Positions 45,175-55,197 are shown, counted from the stretch's first letter. The stretch is DNA of 64,000 nt from a virus (IMGVR_UViG_3300033072_000306:25451-89450), one strand, 5' to 3'. Translations and numbers: made by a program. Notes: generated by a model not told the origin, from the sequence alone.

Positions 45175-47214
45175 TTATGGCATTACGTCAGCCGTTGCTT
45201 CTTGTCTTTTAACATTTCCATCTTTATCAATATGGACATTTGTCATTGAGTTAATGGTTATTTTAGGTATTGACTTTCCAAACGCATTAGGTGATGCATA
45301 AGGTATCGGAGAGTTGTTTCCGCCACGTGATGCTTCTGCATTCTTAATGGCTTGTTGGGTCTGTTTTTTCAGTGCTTGTTGCCCTGCATTCTTAGATAGT
45401 ATGTCTGACGAAGAAAGTTTTTTAGCGTTTACATCACCAAAATATCTAAACGTCTCTTTCTTGCCAGAAGACCACCAAGTAGGGTCTAGAGCGTGTTTCA
45501 GGTTTATCCAATTTACTTGCATATCAAGAGTCATCAACTCCCAACGTAATTTGAAGTTCTCTAACTTAGCTCCTAGTGTGTCAATCCATGTCCACTTACC
45601 AAGCTTCTGATCTTGCATTGTTTTACCGAATTGTTGAAGTAATGTCAATGCCCCTGATATTGCTAAACCAACCCAACCGAATCTTCTGGTGATTGTGATT
45701 AATGCTTGTCCCATTCTACCATTAAGGAAGCCTGTTACTATTCTTGCAATACCAGAGAAGCTTTTTAGATTCTTTGTTACGGAGGATACTGCTTTTCTTT
45801 TCTTGAACAGCAACCCAAGTACGATAGTTAGAGCAATTGATAGTAAACCGTTTCCACCAGTTAAGTCGTCTATAGATTTTTTAAACGCTTTAGCACCAGT
45901 TGTAATCTCACTTAATATATCAACAAGAGCTGAGAGTTTGTCAAAGATTTCACCCAACATTGCATCTAAACCACCAGTCATAATACTTTCAGCAAAGTCA
46001 TTCAGGCGGTTCATAAATTGTTGTTGCTTTACTACAGACTGATTCAATGCTTTGTCTAATGCGCTATTCTTATTAGCCATTTCAGACATAAGCTCTGCAA
46101 CACGAGGAAGAACATCCTCTGCTTTTACAGCACCAGCCTTACGCATTTTCTCGTAGCCTTTTTGGTCTACCTTATAAACCTCCATCGCAGCTTTTTTGAT
46201 AAGCTCTTTCATTGGAAGTCCACGTTCAGCCATTTGTCCTTCTTCTTCTGCCTCAATCTTCCCTTTAGAGAACATTTGAGTCATTGCACGGTAAACGCCT
46301 TTTTGATCATCAGCACTGTTGCCCATCACTGTCATTAACTCACCAAAACCTGTAAAGATTTTCTGTGTCTTTTCTAGTGATAGTTTACCTTGTACGGATT
46401 GCATTACCTTAGCAAAACCTAAGCCCATTTCTGTAGTGCTTTGACCTAGACGATTAGATTCTTTTCTAACATATTCCATTGCCTTAGCATATTCTTCAGC
46501 ATCCTTTGTAGAAGCTGTCATAATGTTAGACATTTTAATACGTTCACGACCAGCTTGTACTGTTTCTTTGACAGCAAAACCAGCACTAGGTAATCCACCA
46601 GCTAATGCAACTGCTGGAAGCATTGACCTAAAGAAACCTCCTGAGAAGTCTCCACCTCCACCACGACCAAACATTCCACCAAACATATTATTATTGGTTT
46701 GTCTTGTGTTAGATTGATTACCTGAGCTGTTACCAACACGACCTTGATTAACTCTTAGAGATACTGTAGAGTTTGCTCTAAGTTCTTTCATCTTACCGTT
46801 GACAGCAACTAAATCCTCTTTAGTAGCACGTACAGTGGCTCTATATTTCTCCCATAAAGGCTCACCAGCTCTTACTGAGGCATGGATTCTACCTAATGCT
46901 TTAGTAATACCTTTTTGGTTGTTTTGAATAGATGTAAGAGCTTTTTCAACTAGGTTTACATTAGTAGCAACACTCTTGTAGCTATCTGCAATATTTTGGT
47001 TAGCTTTCTTTAAAGATACTTTATCTAACTTTGTGGTAACGCCATCTAATGCTGATGAAGCACTACGTAGTTTTTCAGCTAATACGCCAATGTTTCTTGA
47101 TGCAGCTACTGTATTACCACGTACCTCTCTAAGCTTACTATTGAATGCGTCTAAACCTGTTGTATCAACTTTAAATCCAAGACTAGCAAACATACTAGCA
47201 ATTTGATTAGACAT
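45175..47214 (-). CDS. tape measure protein
   Basis: IA..FA.LGFKVD start, Ala/Lys-rich helical, tape-measure domain (A..QM.SKGKI.AEE..Q..ERG). Confidence 0.9.
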   Translation of the reverse strand: MSNQIASMFASLGFKVDTTGLDAFNSKLREVRGNTVAASRNIGVLAEKLRSASSALDGVTTKLDKVSLKKANQNIADSYKSVATNVNLVEKALTSIQNNQKGITKALGRIHASVRAGEPLWEKYRATVRATKEDLVAVNGKMKELRANSTVSLRVNQGRVGNSSGNQSNTRQTNNNMFGGMFGRGGGGDFSGGFFRSMLPAVALAGGLPSAGFAVKETVQAGRERIKMSNIMTASTKDAEEYAKAMEYVRKESNRLGQSTTEMGLGFAKVMQSVQGKLSLEKTQKIFTGFGELMTVMGNSADDQKGVYRAMTQMFSKGKIEAEEEGQMAERGLPMKELIKKAAMEVYKVDQKGYEKMRKAGAVKAEDVLPRVAELMSEMANKNSALDKALNQSVVKQQQFMNRLNDFAESIMTGGLDAMLGEIFDKLSALVDILSEITTGAKAFKKSIDDLTGGNGLLSIALTIVLGLLFKKRKAVSSVTKNLKSFSGIARIVTGFLNGRMGQALITITRRFGWVGLAISGALTLLQQFGKTMQDQKLGKWTWIDTLGAKLENFKLRWELMTLDMQVNWINLKHALDPTWWSSGKKETFRYFGDVNAKKLSSSDILSKNAGQQALKKQTQQAIKNAEASRGGNNSPIPYASPNAFGKSIPKITINSMTNVHIDKDGNVKRQEATADVMP

Positions 47215-47235
47215 ACATACCTTTCCTTGTCTTGG

Positions 47236-47526
47236 TTATCTACTGTTTGAACTTTCTTTTTGTCTTAAATAATCTTCGTATGAAATTAAGTTTTCATATT
47301 CGTAGTATTCTTTTAGATCAAGAACATCATCTACTGTCATTTCGTATTTTAATTTTAATAGTAGAGATGGTTTATCTTTTGTTTTTGGATGACATAATAC
47401 TTCCATCCATTCAACAGGAAGTGAGAGGTTATTCTCAAGTCTGTCATATTCTCGTTTATTTACCCTCGTTACTTGGTTTTCCTCTTTAGGAATTACTTCG
47501 CATTTGTAACGAGTCTTTGAAAAGAT
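47236..47526 (-). CDS. -1 frame extension of the tail assembly chaperone (gpGT-like)
   Basis: 97-codon open -1 frame overlapping the chaperone 3' end; ends MTVDDVLDLKEYYE...R*. Confidence 0.65.
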   Translation of the reverse strand: MFSKTRYKCEVIPKEENQVTRVNKREYDRLENNLSLPVEWMEVLCHPKTKDKPSLLLKLKYEMTVDDVLDLKEYYEYENLISYEDYLRQKESSNSR

Positions 47527-47864
47527 TCAAGATAGTTTAATTTTAAAACTTCGTAAGTGAGCTTTAATAATGTATCGTAGTTTTGTTCAAACTCAACATC
47601 GAAGTTAACCTTTGAGCCATTAACTGTTACAGCATCCATAAGCTCAACAATAATGTCGAACACTTCTGAAGCATTTTCACCAGCAAGTAATGAAGATAAT
47701 TCTGAAACAACTGTTTCATCTTCTACATCAGGATTTCCCCAAAACTTTAAGAATGGGAATACGTATTTAGTAACACGAGTAAGTAGCATAAAACCTTGCT
47801 TACCACGAAAAGCATCAATGATGTAAGTTTTATCGTTTAATTGAGTAATTTGTTGCTTTGACAT
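47493..47864 (-). CDS. tail assembly chaperone (gpG-like)
   Basis: 123 aa between tube genes and tape measure; ends with NY..SF at the putative slip site. Confidence 0.75.
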   Translation of the reverse strand: MSKQQITQLNDKTYIIDAFRGKQGFMLLTRVTKYVFPFLKFWGNPDVEDETVVSELSSLLAGENASEVFDIIVELMDAVTVNGSKVNFDVEFEQNYDTLLKLTYEVLKLNYLESFQRLVTNAK

Positions 47865-47878
47865 TTAATTTATATCTC

Positions 47879-48484
47879 CTAAAAATTTGGATCGCCTTTC
47901 TCTGGTTGATGTGGCGTAGTTTGTACAGGTGTGTTTTCACTAACACCTTTAGATTCTAGTTGAGCATTGGCTTCACTTTGTTTTGAGCCTGTTGCTGTTT
48001 GTGCTGTGCTATCAGAAGCAAATACATTAGTTGTTAGTGTTGATTTAACACCAAATACATAAACCTTGTTAGGTGCTTGCATTGATAAAGTTATCTCAGG
48101 CATACTAATAATATGTGATCTAAAGATATCTACAATATCCCCATTCTCATATACACTAATATAGAACCAACCTTTTAACTCTTGTTGTTTTCTTGCAAGA
48201 GCTTGTAGGATAGAATTTGACTTTGCTGTTGGGAGGATGTTCAAAGTAAGTGTCATCATCTCCTCTTTGTCATAATAAGTATAGTAGCTTGGGTCAATAC
48301 CAAACTCTGCAACACTTATTGTTCTAGCACTAATGGTTGCTTCCTCAATACCATCAATTTCCATACGAGCAATGGTGATCTTATTTCTTGATGCATCATA
48401 AACTTTAGTTGATCTTTCTAAGAGGTTTCCACCATCCCATAAGGATTTTGCTTTCTCTGCTAACCCTGTTAATATTGAAGCCAT
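47879..48484 (-). CDS. tail tube-like protein (paralog 3)
   Basis: YDAS...ITI...IDG, G+D motif aligned with the two upstream tube-like genes. Confidence 0.6.
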   Translation of the reverse strand: MASILTGLAEKAKSLWDGGNLLERSTKVYDASRNKITIARMEIDGIEEATISARTISVAEFGIDPSYYTYYDKEEMMTLTLNILPTAKSNSILQALARKQQELKGWFYISVYENGDIVDIFRSHIISMPEITLSMQAPNKVYVFGVKSTLTTNVFASDSTAQTATGSKQSEANAQLESKGVSENTPVQTTPHQPEKGDPNF

Positions 48485-48512
48485 TTAATATCCTATGCTT
48501 TGTATTTTTGTC

Positions 48513-49094
48513 TTAGAAAAGATTTTTAAGTTTATCCATTGTCGATGAGAATACTTCAACACCTTTACTTTCAATTGATGAGAGGTCAATACCTACCATA
48601 TCAGCAAGCTCTACAACTTTAACTAAAGATTGAATCTTAGAGTAAAGCTCATTGCTTTCGTAAGTACCTTGTTGTGTGTATCTACCGTTGTGACAAATGA
48701 ATGTCCACGTTTTAACACCAACATCAGATGCAAAGTTTGTGCTTGCTTCGTTCTCGAAGAAACAATCTAGAGCAAAGAATCTAGTACCACCTTCACTCAT
48801 CTTTTCCTCAACTTCAATCGGCATTTTAAATTCAACATTAGTCTTTTGATACAGCTTAAATAATAGGTGTAACCACGTATTAGCTTCGCTAGTTTGATTA
48901 ACATGGAAAGTTAACCTATAACTACCATACTTGTCCTTAAACGCTGTTCTTGAGCCATCCATAGCCTTTCTGAACGTGGTTACATCATTCTCTCTTTCAA
49001 TGTCAACAATGTTGCTTTCAGAGAACCCTTCAATTGGTATTCCAAAAATCTTACATCTAACTTGAGACGGTACATAAGAGTTTAAATATTTCAT
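48513..49094 (-). CDS. tail tube-like protein (paralog 2, DUF3277-like)
   Basis: LNSYVP...IEGF...V.IE....DG...L.F.V.QTS.AN..L. Confidence 0.7.
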   Translation of the reverse strand: MKYLNSYVPSQVRCKIFGIPIEGFSESNIVDIERENDVTTFRKAMDGSRTAFKDKYGSYRLTFHVNQTSEANTWLHLLFKLYQKTNVEFKMPIEVEEKMSEGGTRFFALDCFFENEASTNFASDVGVKTWTFICHNGRYTQQGTYESNELYSKIQSLVKVVELADMVGIDLSSIESKGVEVFSSTMDKLKNLF

Positions 49095-49116
49095 TGAAGA
49101 GTTTATCCTTTATTTG

Positions 49117-49653
49117 TTAAACAACACTTTTCCATTCGTCATCAATGTTAACGCCAAGTGCTTCCAATACTTGAACAGTATCAGGGTCAATTAAACCGTT
49201 ACCACCAATCCATTGATCAGCCCAAGCGAAAGTAATCATCCAATCACGAGTACCTGTTGCACTACCAAACTCTTGTGAAGTTGGGCGTGATACATAGCAT
49301 TGAGATGAGTAGACATAAGAACGACCACTCTTATCAGCAAATGTACAAGTAAAGATACCATCACGACCTGAAATATCATTCTCATCGTAACGTAGTAAAG
49401 CGCTAAGAACATCATTTGATCGAGATGTTTGTTCTAAATGAATAGTCATCTGAACCGTCTTATCTAAACGATGTGTACGAGTAGTGTGACCATCGATACC
49501 TACAGTGTTAGTCCATGTTTGATCAGGGAACTCAATACTCACTGTAGAATCTGCTGTAAAACCTGTAACAGCGTGACTTACATTTGTTTTAGGATGACTA
49601 ATAACAATTGTTGTAGAATGTGGGATATAACTATTTAAAGTACGTCCAGCCAT
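49117..49653 (-). CDS. major tail tube protein (DUF3277-like)
   Basis: LNSYIP...TGF..DS...E...G.DG...T.HL.QTS.SN.VL...R.W.I. Confidence 0.8.
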   Translation of the reverse strand: MAGRTLNSYIPHSTTIVISHPKTNVSHAVTGFTADSTVSIEFPDQTWTNTVGIDGHTTRTHRLDKTVQMTIHLEQTSRSNDVLSALLRYDENDISGRDGIFTCTFADKSGRSYVYSSQCYVSRPTSQEFGSATGTRDWMITFAWADQWIGGNGLIDPDTVQVLEALGVNIDDEWKSVV

Positions 49654-49668
49654 TTATAATTCTCCTTA

Positions 49669-50706
49669 TTAAGCGTAAACAGTGCCTTCAACAGCATCTA
49701 CGTAAATGATTGCACCAGCTAATCTAGCTCGGAAAGTCAACCGTGAAAGAACACCAGAAGCTCGTTCTTGTGAAGTTAATTTGTTAGCATCTGGAACAGA
49801 GATTTGGAATCCATCATCTTGTGTAAGAATGTTGTTTGTAACAGCTTCATTTAATACTGTAACCAACTCTGCTTTAAATAAATCAATACCACCGTTTGTA
49901 TATAGGATACGTTCTTTGGTATATAGAAGATTCCATAAGCGTTCACCAATACGAATCTTAAGCCAGATAGCGCCTAAGATAACGTGAATCTTTTCACCAC
50001 TAGGTACATTACCGTTACCAACAATAACACTATCTTGACCTACTTTAGTGTAGAAGTGAGCTTCTTTGTCTCGTAAGTAATTTACTTCTGTTGATGTATA
50101 ACCTTCAGCAACTAACCCAGCTAAAGTTTTATATAGCCAAAGATTTGAACCAATAACTGCTGATGCAAAACGACCTACCCAAGCAGCCTCACCCATTGAT
50201 ACAGCAGTATCTTTAAAGTGGATACCGAAAGACTTAACAAAGTTTAATTCTTTTAGTTTAGAGAAGATGTCTGTAGTAGCATTTGTAATAGTAGCAGCGT
50301 TAGTATCGCTGAACACATAGATAATGTCTTGTGTTTCTACATAAGTAGCGATAGCAAGTTTATCTGTATCAGAAGATGCATCTGTTACCAAGAAGAACCA
50401 TTCATTAGTTTGACCTTGTAAGTCTTGAATAGCTGTTACATAGCTTGTTTGTGTTGCAACATCAAATTGACCTACAACAATCTCTTTAACTTGGGGGTTT
50501 TGAGAGAAGATTCGTTGTGCTGCAATATATGCTTTGTCTGTTGCTTCAAATCCATCAGATAACATTGCTGTTACGCTAGTGAATTTACGATAACCTGTAT
50601 ATCGGTTCTCACCTGTCAATACTGCAATCGTTTGAAGGTCTCGTACTGTTTTGGATACAACCTCTCGGTTGATAATCACATTAACAATATCTTTAATTTC
50701 TAACAT
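49669..50706 (-). CDS. tail sheath protein (DUF3383-like), paralog A
   Basis: AA..IFSQ.P..., EAAW.G, W.YKTL.G, GE.I....G..WL, T..G, RA.L.GAI..V. Confidence 0.88.
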   Translation of the reverse strand: MLEIKDIVNVIINREVVSKTVRDLQTIAVLTGENRYTGYRKFTSVTAMLSDGFEATDKAYIAAQRIFSQNPQVKEIVVGQFDVATQTSYVTAIQDLQGQTNEWFFLVTDASSDTDKLAIATYVETQDIIYVFSDTNAATITNATTDIFSKLKELNFVKSFGIHFKDTAVSMGEAAWVGRFASAVIGSNLWLYKTLAGLVAEGYTSTEVNYLRDKEAHFYTKVGQDSVIVGNGNVPSGEKIHVILGAIWLKIRIGERLWNLLYTKERILYTNGGIDLFKAELVTVLNEAVTNNILTQDDGFQISVPDANKLTSQERASGVLSRLTFRARLAGAIIYVDAVEGTVYA

Positions 50707-50720
50707 TTTTCATTCCTGTG

Positions 50721-51809
50721 TTAGTTGTATATTGTTCCTTCAACCTTATCCACACCTAAGATAGTATGTACGAGTGTTGCAGAAAACTTCATTGATAATT
50801 TATTTGTTCTTCTATCTTGTGTTACTTCTGTTATTCTGTAGTCAGAGAAATGATTTTCTGTTACAGCAACATCTAATACCTCTTTAAGACCATTCTCCAT
50901 AAGAATGCTTCCAGAGTTTGTTTGAGGAACTTTCTCTTTTGTGTATAAGATTTTCCATAAGTTTCTTTGAATAGCCCAAATGAGCCAATCATTCATAACT
51001 TTATATTCAATCTTTGTTCCATCAGCCGTTGTACCACTACCTACTGTTGCTTTATCTCTACCGTAGATTAATACTGATGAAGTAGATAAGTTTGGAAGGT
51101 TTGTTCTTTTTGTTGTTGCTACTTTAGCTAAGAACTTATGCAACCATTGAATCCTGCTAGGGAAATAGAAACCACAATTCCCAATCCAAGATGCTTCTGG
51201 ATAGTTAGATAATCTTGATTGAGCAACCTCTACAGGCATGTCGTAAGTTTCAAACTGAATAAGACTATTATCATCCCATGATACACCGTTTGTATTGCCC
51301 CATTGCCAAACACCTTTACCGTCAGAGTAAGGGAGATCAACTAAGAAGAAATCATCTTGGAAGTAATAAACAAGTTTCGATCTACCTTGAATTAATGTAG
51401 ATACATCTGCTGTTGATGAAAAGAATTGTAATTTGAATTGTTCTTCAACTATTGAGTTATTGAAAGATAAAACATCATCTATATCTTTACTATCAATCAC
51501 AACATAGTAGTAAGTTGAATTATCATCAGCCTTGTAAGCTTCTTCAAATGTCTCTGTTGATCTCTTAGCTCTTACGACTACCTTTCCCATCTTTCCTTGA
51601 GCAAATACACTGTGTACGAAGTTATATACGTTCTCTACCCTCATGTAACCAGCATCTAAGAGTTGGCTTAGTTGAGTAACTTCAAGTGTTCTTGGAGCAG
51701 TATCACTTTCGGAGATAAACCCTACAGTATAGAAAGCATCACTTTGTATCTGAAAATCTTCAACTTGTATATCAACTTTAATAGGTGAAAAATCTATGTC
51801 AATTGTCAT
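50721..51809 (-). CDS. tail sheath-like protein, paralog B
   Basis: EASWIG, WL.., LW..LYTKE...TN.G..L...L..VL..AV, VD.VEGT.Y shared with paralog A. Confidence 0.75.
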   Translation of the reverse strand: MTIDIDFSPIKVDIQVEDFQIQSDAFYTVGFISESDTAPRTLEVTQLSQLLDAGYMRVENVYNFVHSVFAQGKMGKVVVRAKRSTETFEEAYKADDNSTYYYVVIDSKDIDDVLSFNNSIVEEQFKLQFFSSTADVSTLIQGRSKLVYYFQDDFFLVDLPYSDGKGVWQWGNTNGVSWDDNSLIQFETYDMPVEVAQSRLSNYPEASWIGNCGFYFPSRIQWLHKFLAKVATTKRTNLPNLSTSSVLIYGRDKATVGSGTTADGTKIEYKVMNDWLIWAIQRNLWKILYTKEKVPQTNSGSILMENGLKEVLDVAVTENHFSDYRITEVTQDRRTNKLSMKFSATLVHTILGVDKVEGTIYN

Positions 51810-51823
51810 ATTTCACACCTTTG

Positions 51824-52942
51824 TTAATTTATCTTGGAAATCGTAAACTCGATGTTATAAATACTTACAGCTCTTGAATATGTTTTTAAACTGATTGTCA
51901 TACCATTACTAGATAAAGGTGTATCACCATAGACAACTGTACTAAAGCTCATGTCTTGTACTAAATTGTCACCTCGAAGTGTTCTATCTTCAATGTAAGG
52001 GTTTTCTGTAGTATTCTTACTAAATACAATTTGTATACGATCAGCACTATTTGAAGCAGCAACTTTAAATCTTACACGGACAGCATAAAAACCATTTACA
52101 TCCGTCATTAAGCATTTTTGTGTTGTGCCATCATAGAATGTTGTAACATTGATAGGCATACCATTTGAGATAGTAGTTCCTGAGTTGTTAGGGATAATTA
52201 CTGTAGTGTTAGCTTCGATATTGAAAGGTGATGTATCTGTATATTGACCATCTTTATAACTTCCCCAACCTAAAAGTCTAGGTGGTACATTTGATTGTAA
52301 GGTTGTCGAATTGTTGTATGTAACAATTACTGAGTGATCGTCTTGAATAACAATATTTGTTGCTTGAGCAGCGTCTTGACCGTCTTGACCAGCTACGCCT
52401 TGTAAACCTTGCTCACCCTGAACACCTTGTAAACCTTGTGTACCTCTAATGTTTGTAGCATTACTGATATTTGCCACAAGACCTGTTGAGGATAGATAAC
52501 CTACTGCTGGCTTTGTACCTGAACCACCTGTCCAATCAATAACACGTAGAACAAGCTCATCAGTACCTCTAACTTCTGTTCTAAGAGATGGTGTCCAACC
52601 ATTATTGCCAGTAGCACCAGTCGCTCCTGTAGCACCTTTTAGAGATACAATCCATTGTTGTTCTGTACCAATAAAACCATTGCTAACCGCAATTTGATAC
52701 GCTGATAAACCATTTGCACCATTAATACCGTCTTTACCATTAGTGCCATTCTGCCCTGTTGCTCCTGTAGCACCTGTGTCACCTTTCTCACCCTGAACAT
52801 TATCTAGCATCCAAGCTTGGAATGTTGATCTACGTAATAGTCTAGCTTCACCATCATCTACGATAAGAAACAAATCGTTGTCTGTAAAACTGGCAGATGT
52901 TGCTACTGGAATATCATTAATCTTAACTTCATTTTCTGCCAT
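51824..52942 (-). CDS. collagen-like fibre (whisker/neck fibre) protein
   Basis: three Gly-X-Y tracts (GEKGDTGATGATGQNG..., GATGATGATGNNG, GTQGLQGVQGEQGLQG...) and a beta-rich C-terminal head. Confidence 0.85.
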   Translation of the reverse strand: MAENEVKINDIPVATSASFTDNDLFLIVDDGEARLLRRSTFQAWMLDNVQGEKGDTGATGATGQNGTNGKDGINGANGLSAYQIAVSNGFIGTEQQWIVSLKGATGATGATGNNGWTPSLRTEVRGTDELVLRVIDWTGGSGTKPAVGYLSSTGLVANISNATNIRGTQGLQGVQGEQGLQGVAGQDGQDAAQATNIVIQDDHSVIVTYNNSTTLQSNVPPRLLGWGSYKDGQYTDTSPFNIEANTTVIIPNNSGTTISNGMPINVTTFYDGTTQKCLMTDVNGFYAVRVRFKVAASNSADRIQIVFSKNTTENPYIEDRTLRGDNLVQDMSFSTVVYGDTPLSSNGMTISLKTYSRAVSIYNIEFTISKIN

Positions 52943-53571
52943 TACGCACCTTTCTCTTTGTTGTTTTCTGTATCATAAACATAGTCAAAATCTGTTGACT
53001 CTAAGTCACCATGAAATACAGCTTCTTTAATTATTGGTGTCTCTGATGTAACTGTTCTTTCAATGCGTAGGAGTAAATCTATTGTTGCTCTACGATAGGA
53101 GGTTGTGTTGTCAATCGGTGTAAACATGTAAAGGATATCTTGATAAGATACTAAGCCGATATTGTTACTACCGAACAACCATGCACTATTGGAGAACCCT
53201 AAACCAGTGTGAAAGTCCTCTACATATTCTTGGAATGTTTCATCTTTGGGGTCATACTGAAATGTCAAACTGATATTAACTTCTTTAACTTGAGAAATAC
53301 TTTCAATTAAATTGAAGAATTTCCTGTCAGTGAAGATATGATTGCCGTTATCATCAACGACATAATCATTATTATCCCATTGTAACTTCTCTTCGTATGT
53401 TGGTAGTACATTTACAGTCTTACTAGGCATACCAATATTTCTACTGTCAATAAAACTAACCATACAGTAGGGAGGTTTTGGTTCAGGATATCCTTTATCA
53501 GCAAAGAATAATTTAAACTTTGGCTCAATCATTGGAGATAGAGCTTTATAGATATTCGTTTCAAAGATCAC
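52942..53571 (-). CDS. neck / tail terminator protein
   Basis: P.P..PY..V, RATIDL motif, position after head-closure gene. Confidence 0.65.
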   Translation of the reverse strand: MIFETNIYKALSPMIEPKFKLFFADKGYPEPKPPYCMVSFIDSRNIGMPSKTVNVLPTYEEKLQWDNNDYVVDDNGNHIFTDRKFFNLIESISQVKEVNISLTFQYDPKDETFQEYVEDFHTGLGFSNSAWLFGSNNIGLVSYQDILYMFTPIDNTTSYRRATIDLLLRIERTVTSETPIIKEAVFHGDLESTDFDYVYDTENNKEKGA

Positions 53572-53975
53572 TAATAAATCCTCTCAACTTTACCTGTAAC
53601 TCTATTAGTATCATCTTTGTCTAGTTTTACTGCAACACATTCACAGTGAGTGCCAAAGTTGCCAAAAGGTCTCACAACTAAAACTTCCCAAAGAGCATCC
53701 CTATATTTTAATAAATCAGCTTCTAAAGGAGTATCACCTGTTCTTGTTGTATACAACCAACTATCACTAGAGAACCAAACAGCCTCTTTTTCTCGTTTAC
53801 CTTCAGGTAATAGTTTTGTTAAGTATTGTGGGAAGTTTGGTTGAACATTTGCAGCAATTGTAATTTCTTGTTTTTGTGCTGGAACGTAATTCCCTTCAAC
53901 CCAATCACCACCACCAACATCTCTTATAATTGTGTAAGGTCTTTTACCAAGTCTTACTCGACTATTTGTTGACAA
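53571..53975 (-). CDS. head closure / head-tail connector protein
   Basis: G.WVEG.Y.P...I.A.VQP...LPEG.R...., D.L.Y....WEV. Confidence 0.7.
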   Translation of the reverse strand: MSTNSRVRLGKRPYTIIRDVGGGDWVEGNYVPAQKQEITIAANVQPNFPQYLTKLLPEGKREKEAVWFSSDSWLYTTRTGDTPLEADLLKYRDALWEVLVVRPFGNFGTHCECVAVKLDKDDTNRVTGKVERIY

Positions 53976-53977
53976 GG

Positions 53978-54532
53978 TTATTTACTCCCTTTAATGTTTT
54001 CAAAACTTTGTTGAAATACTTTAGCTTTAAATGAAGTAAGCATTACACCTGTATCATCTAGTTGGTAAGTATGCCCTTTAATTCTAATTGTAATTGGAGA
54101 AAGTTTCTTATTAGATTGCGACAGAACAACTTCGTTATAATCTTTCTTAATTTCTGTGGCTAAAGATATGAGTGTAATGTTATCTACCAATCCTGTACAA
54201 AGACTTTGGAAATACTTTTTAATTTCTTCGTTGTAGCTGAATTTAACTTTGTTTACAAGCTGTCTAAAGTAAGGGCGGGGAGGAATATGAACACCATTCT
54301 CTCCCATTGTTCCAAACTCTTGCCAATACGCTACAGAAGCAATGTATGTGCCTTCATTCTTATGTCCTGATGGATATTTCTTTTTATCAATCCAGCCAAA
54401 CCTAATATGTCTTACGTTGCCTTTCTTACAAGCTCTCTTAATATTCTTTAAGTATGAATCATCGAAGTCGATATCAAGATTAACAAAAACACCTTGAGCT
54501 TGTTGTCTTAATACTTTCTTAGATGTTGCCAT
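53978..54532 (-). CDS. neck / tail completion protein (HK97 gp10-like)
   Basis: A.VA..QEFGT...IPPRPYFR, L.P.TI..KG...L.DTG.M..S. Confidence 0.75.
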   Translation of the reverse strand: MATSKKVLRQQAQGVFVNLDIDFDDSYLKNIKRACKKGNVRHIRFGWIDKKKYPSGHKNEGTYIASVAYWQEFGTMGENGVHIPPRPYFRQLVNKVKFSYNEEIKKYFQSLCTGLVDNITLISLATEIKKDYNEVVLSQSNKKLSPITIRIKGHTYQLDDTGVMLTSFKAKVFQQSFENIKGSK

Positions 54533-54549
54533 TTACACTTGTCTCTATA

Positions 54550-55125
54550 TTAGGGTGAATTACTATTCTGAATTTCATTTTCAGGTAAGTAGAAATCAAC
54601 AACACCTGTAGCACATAAGTCATTACCTAAACCTTGTTTATCTTCATAAGGCTCTACAATGTCTTGACCATTCACTTTATAAATTCTTCTACCTTTCCAC
54701 ATAGGGACATTAGTTTCAGAACCTCTGTAGAATGGTTGCCAAGTAAATTCATTTGATTTAGCGTAGTATTCACTTTCACAACGATACGTACCACCGAAGT
54801 AAGCTAGTGGAGCTAACATACCAAAAGCAGGGTCTTTAAGCTTTTTAGTAAGTAATGACATGAATGCATCGAATGCTTCTTTACCATATCGTTCTTCTTG
54901 CCCTACACGCTCTCTCAGAGCCGTATGTGACATCTTCATTGCGATAGCCATACCAACAGTCCTACTCATTGTAGAATAGCCAATACAGTGGTATTTTTGG
55001 ACTATACGAGCATAATCACTATCTTGCAGAATATAGAAATATTCATCTGTGTCGCCATACTCTAAACGTAGGTCTAAGATTGCTTCTGCTAAGTCTACAG
55101 TATTAAGTGGTGAACACTGTTTCAT
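54550..55125 (-). CDS. head-tail adaptor
   Basis: LRL..GD....Y...D..Y, RE.VG.E; follows MCP. Confidence 0.65.
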   Translation of the reverse strand: MKQCSPLNTVDLAEAILDLRLEYGDTDEYFYILQDSDYARIVQKYHCIGYSTMSRTVGMAIAMKMSHTALRERVGQEERYGKEAFDAFMSLLTKKLKDPAFGMLAPLAYFGGTYRCESEYYAKSNEFTWQPFYRGSETNVPMWKGRRIYKVNGQDIVEPYEDKQGLGNDLCATGVVDFYLPENEIQNSNSP

Positions 55126-55171
55126 ATTTTATCCTTTCATAATTAAATAATCGTGTACCAATTACTTGAGT

Positions 55172-55197
55172 ATGAAAGGAGGGCTTTCACACCCTCC
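55172..55197 (-). terminator. intrinsic terminator after major capsid gene
   Basis: GGAGGG-tgtgaaag-CCCTCC followed by TTTC. Confidence 0.7.
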
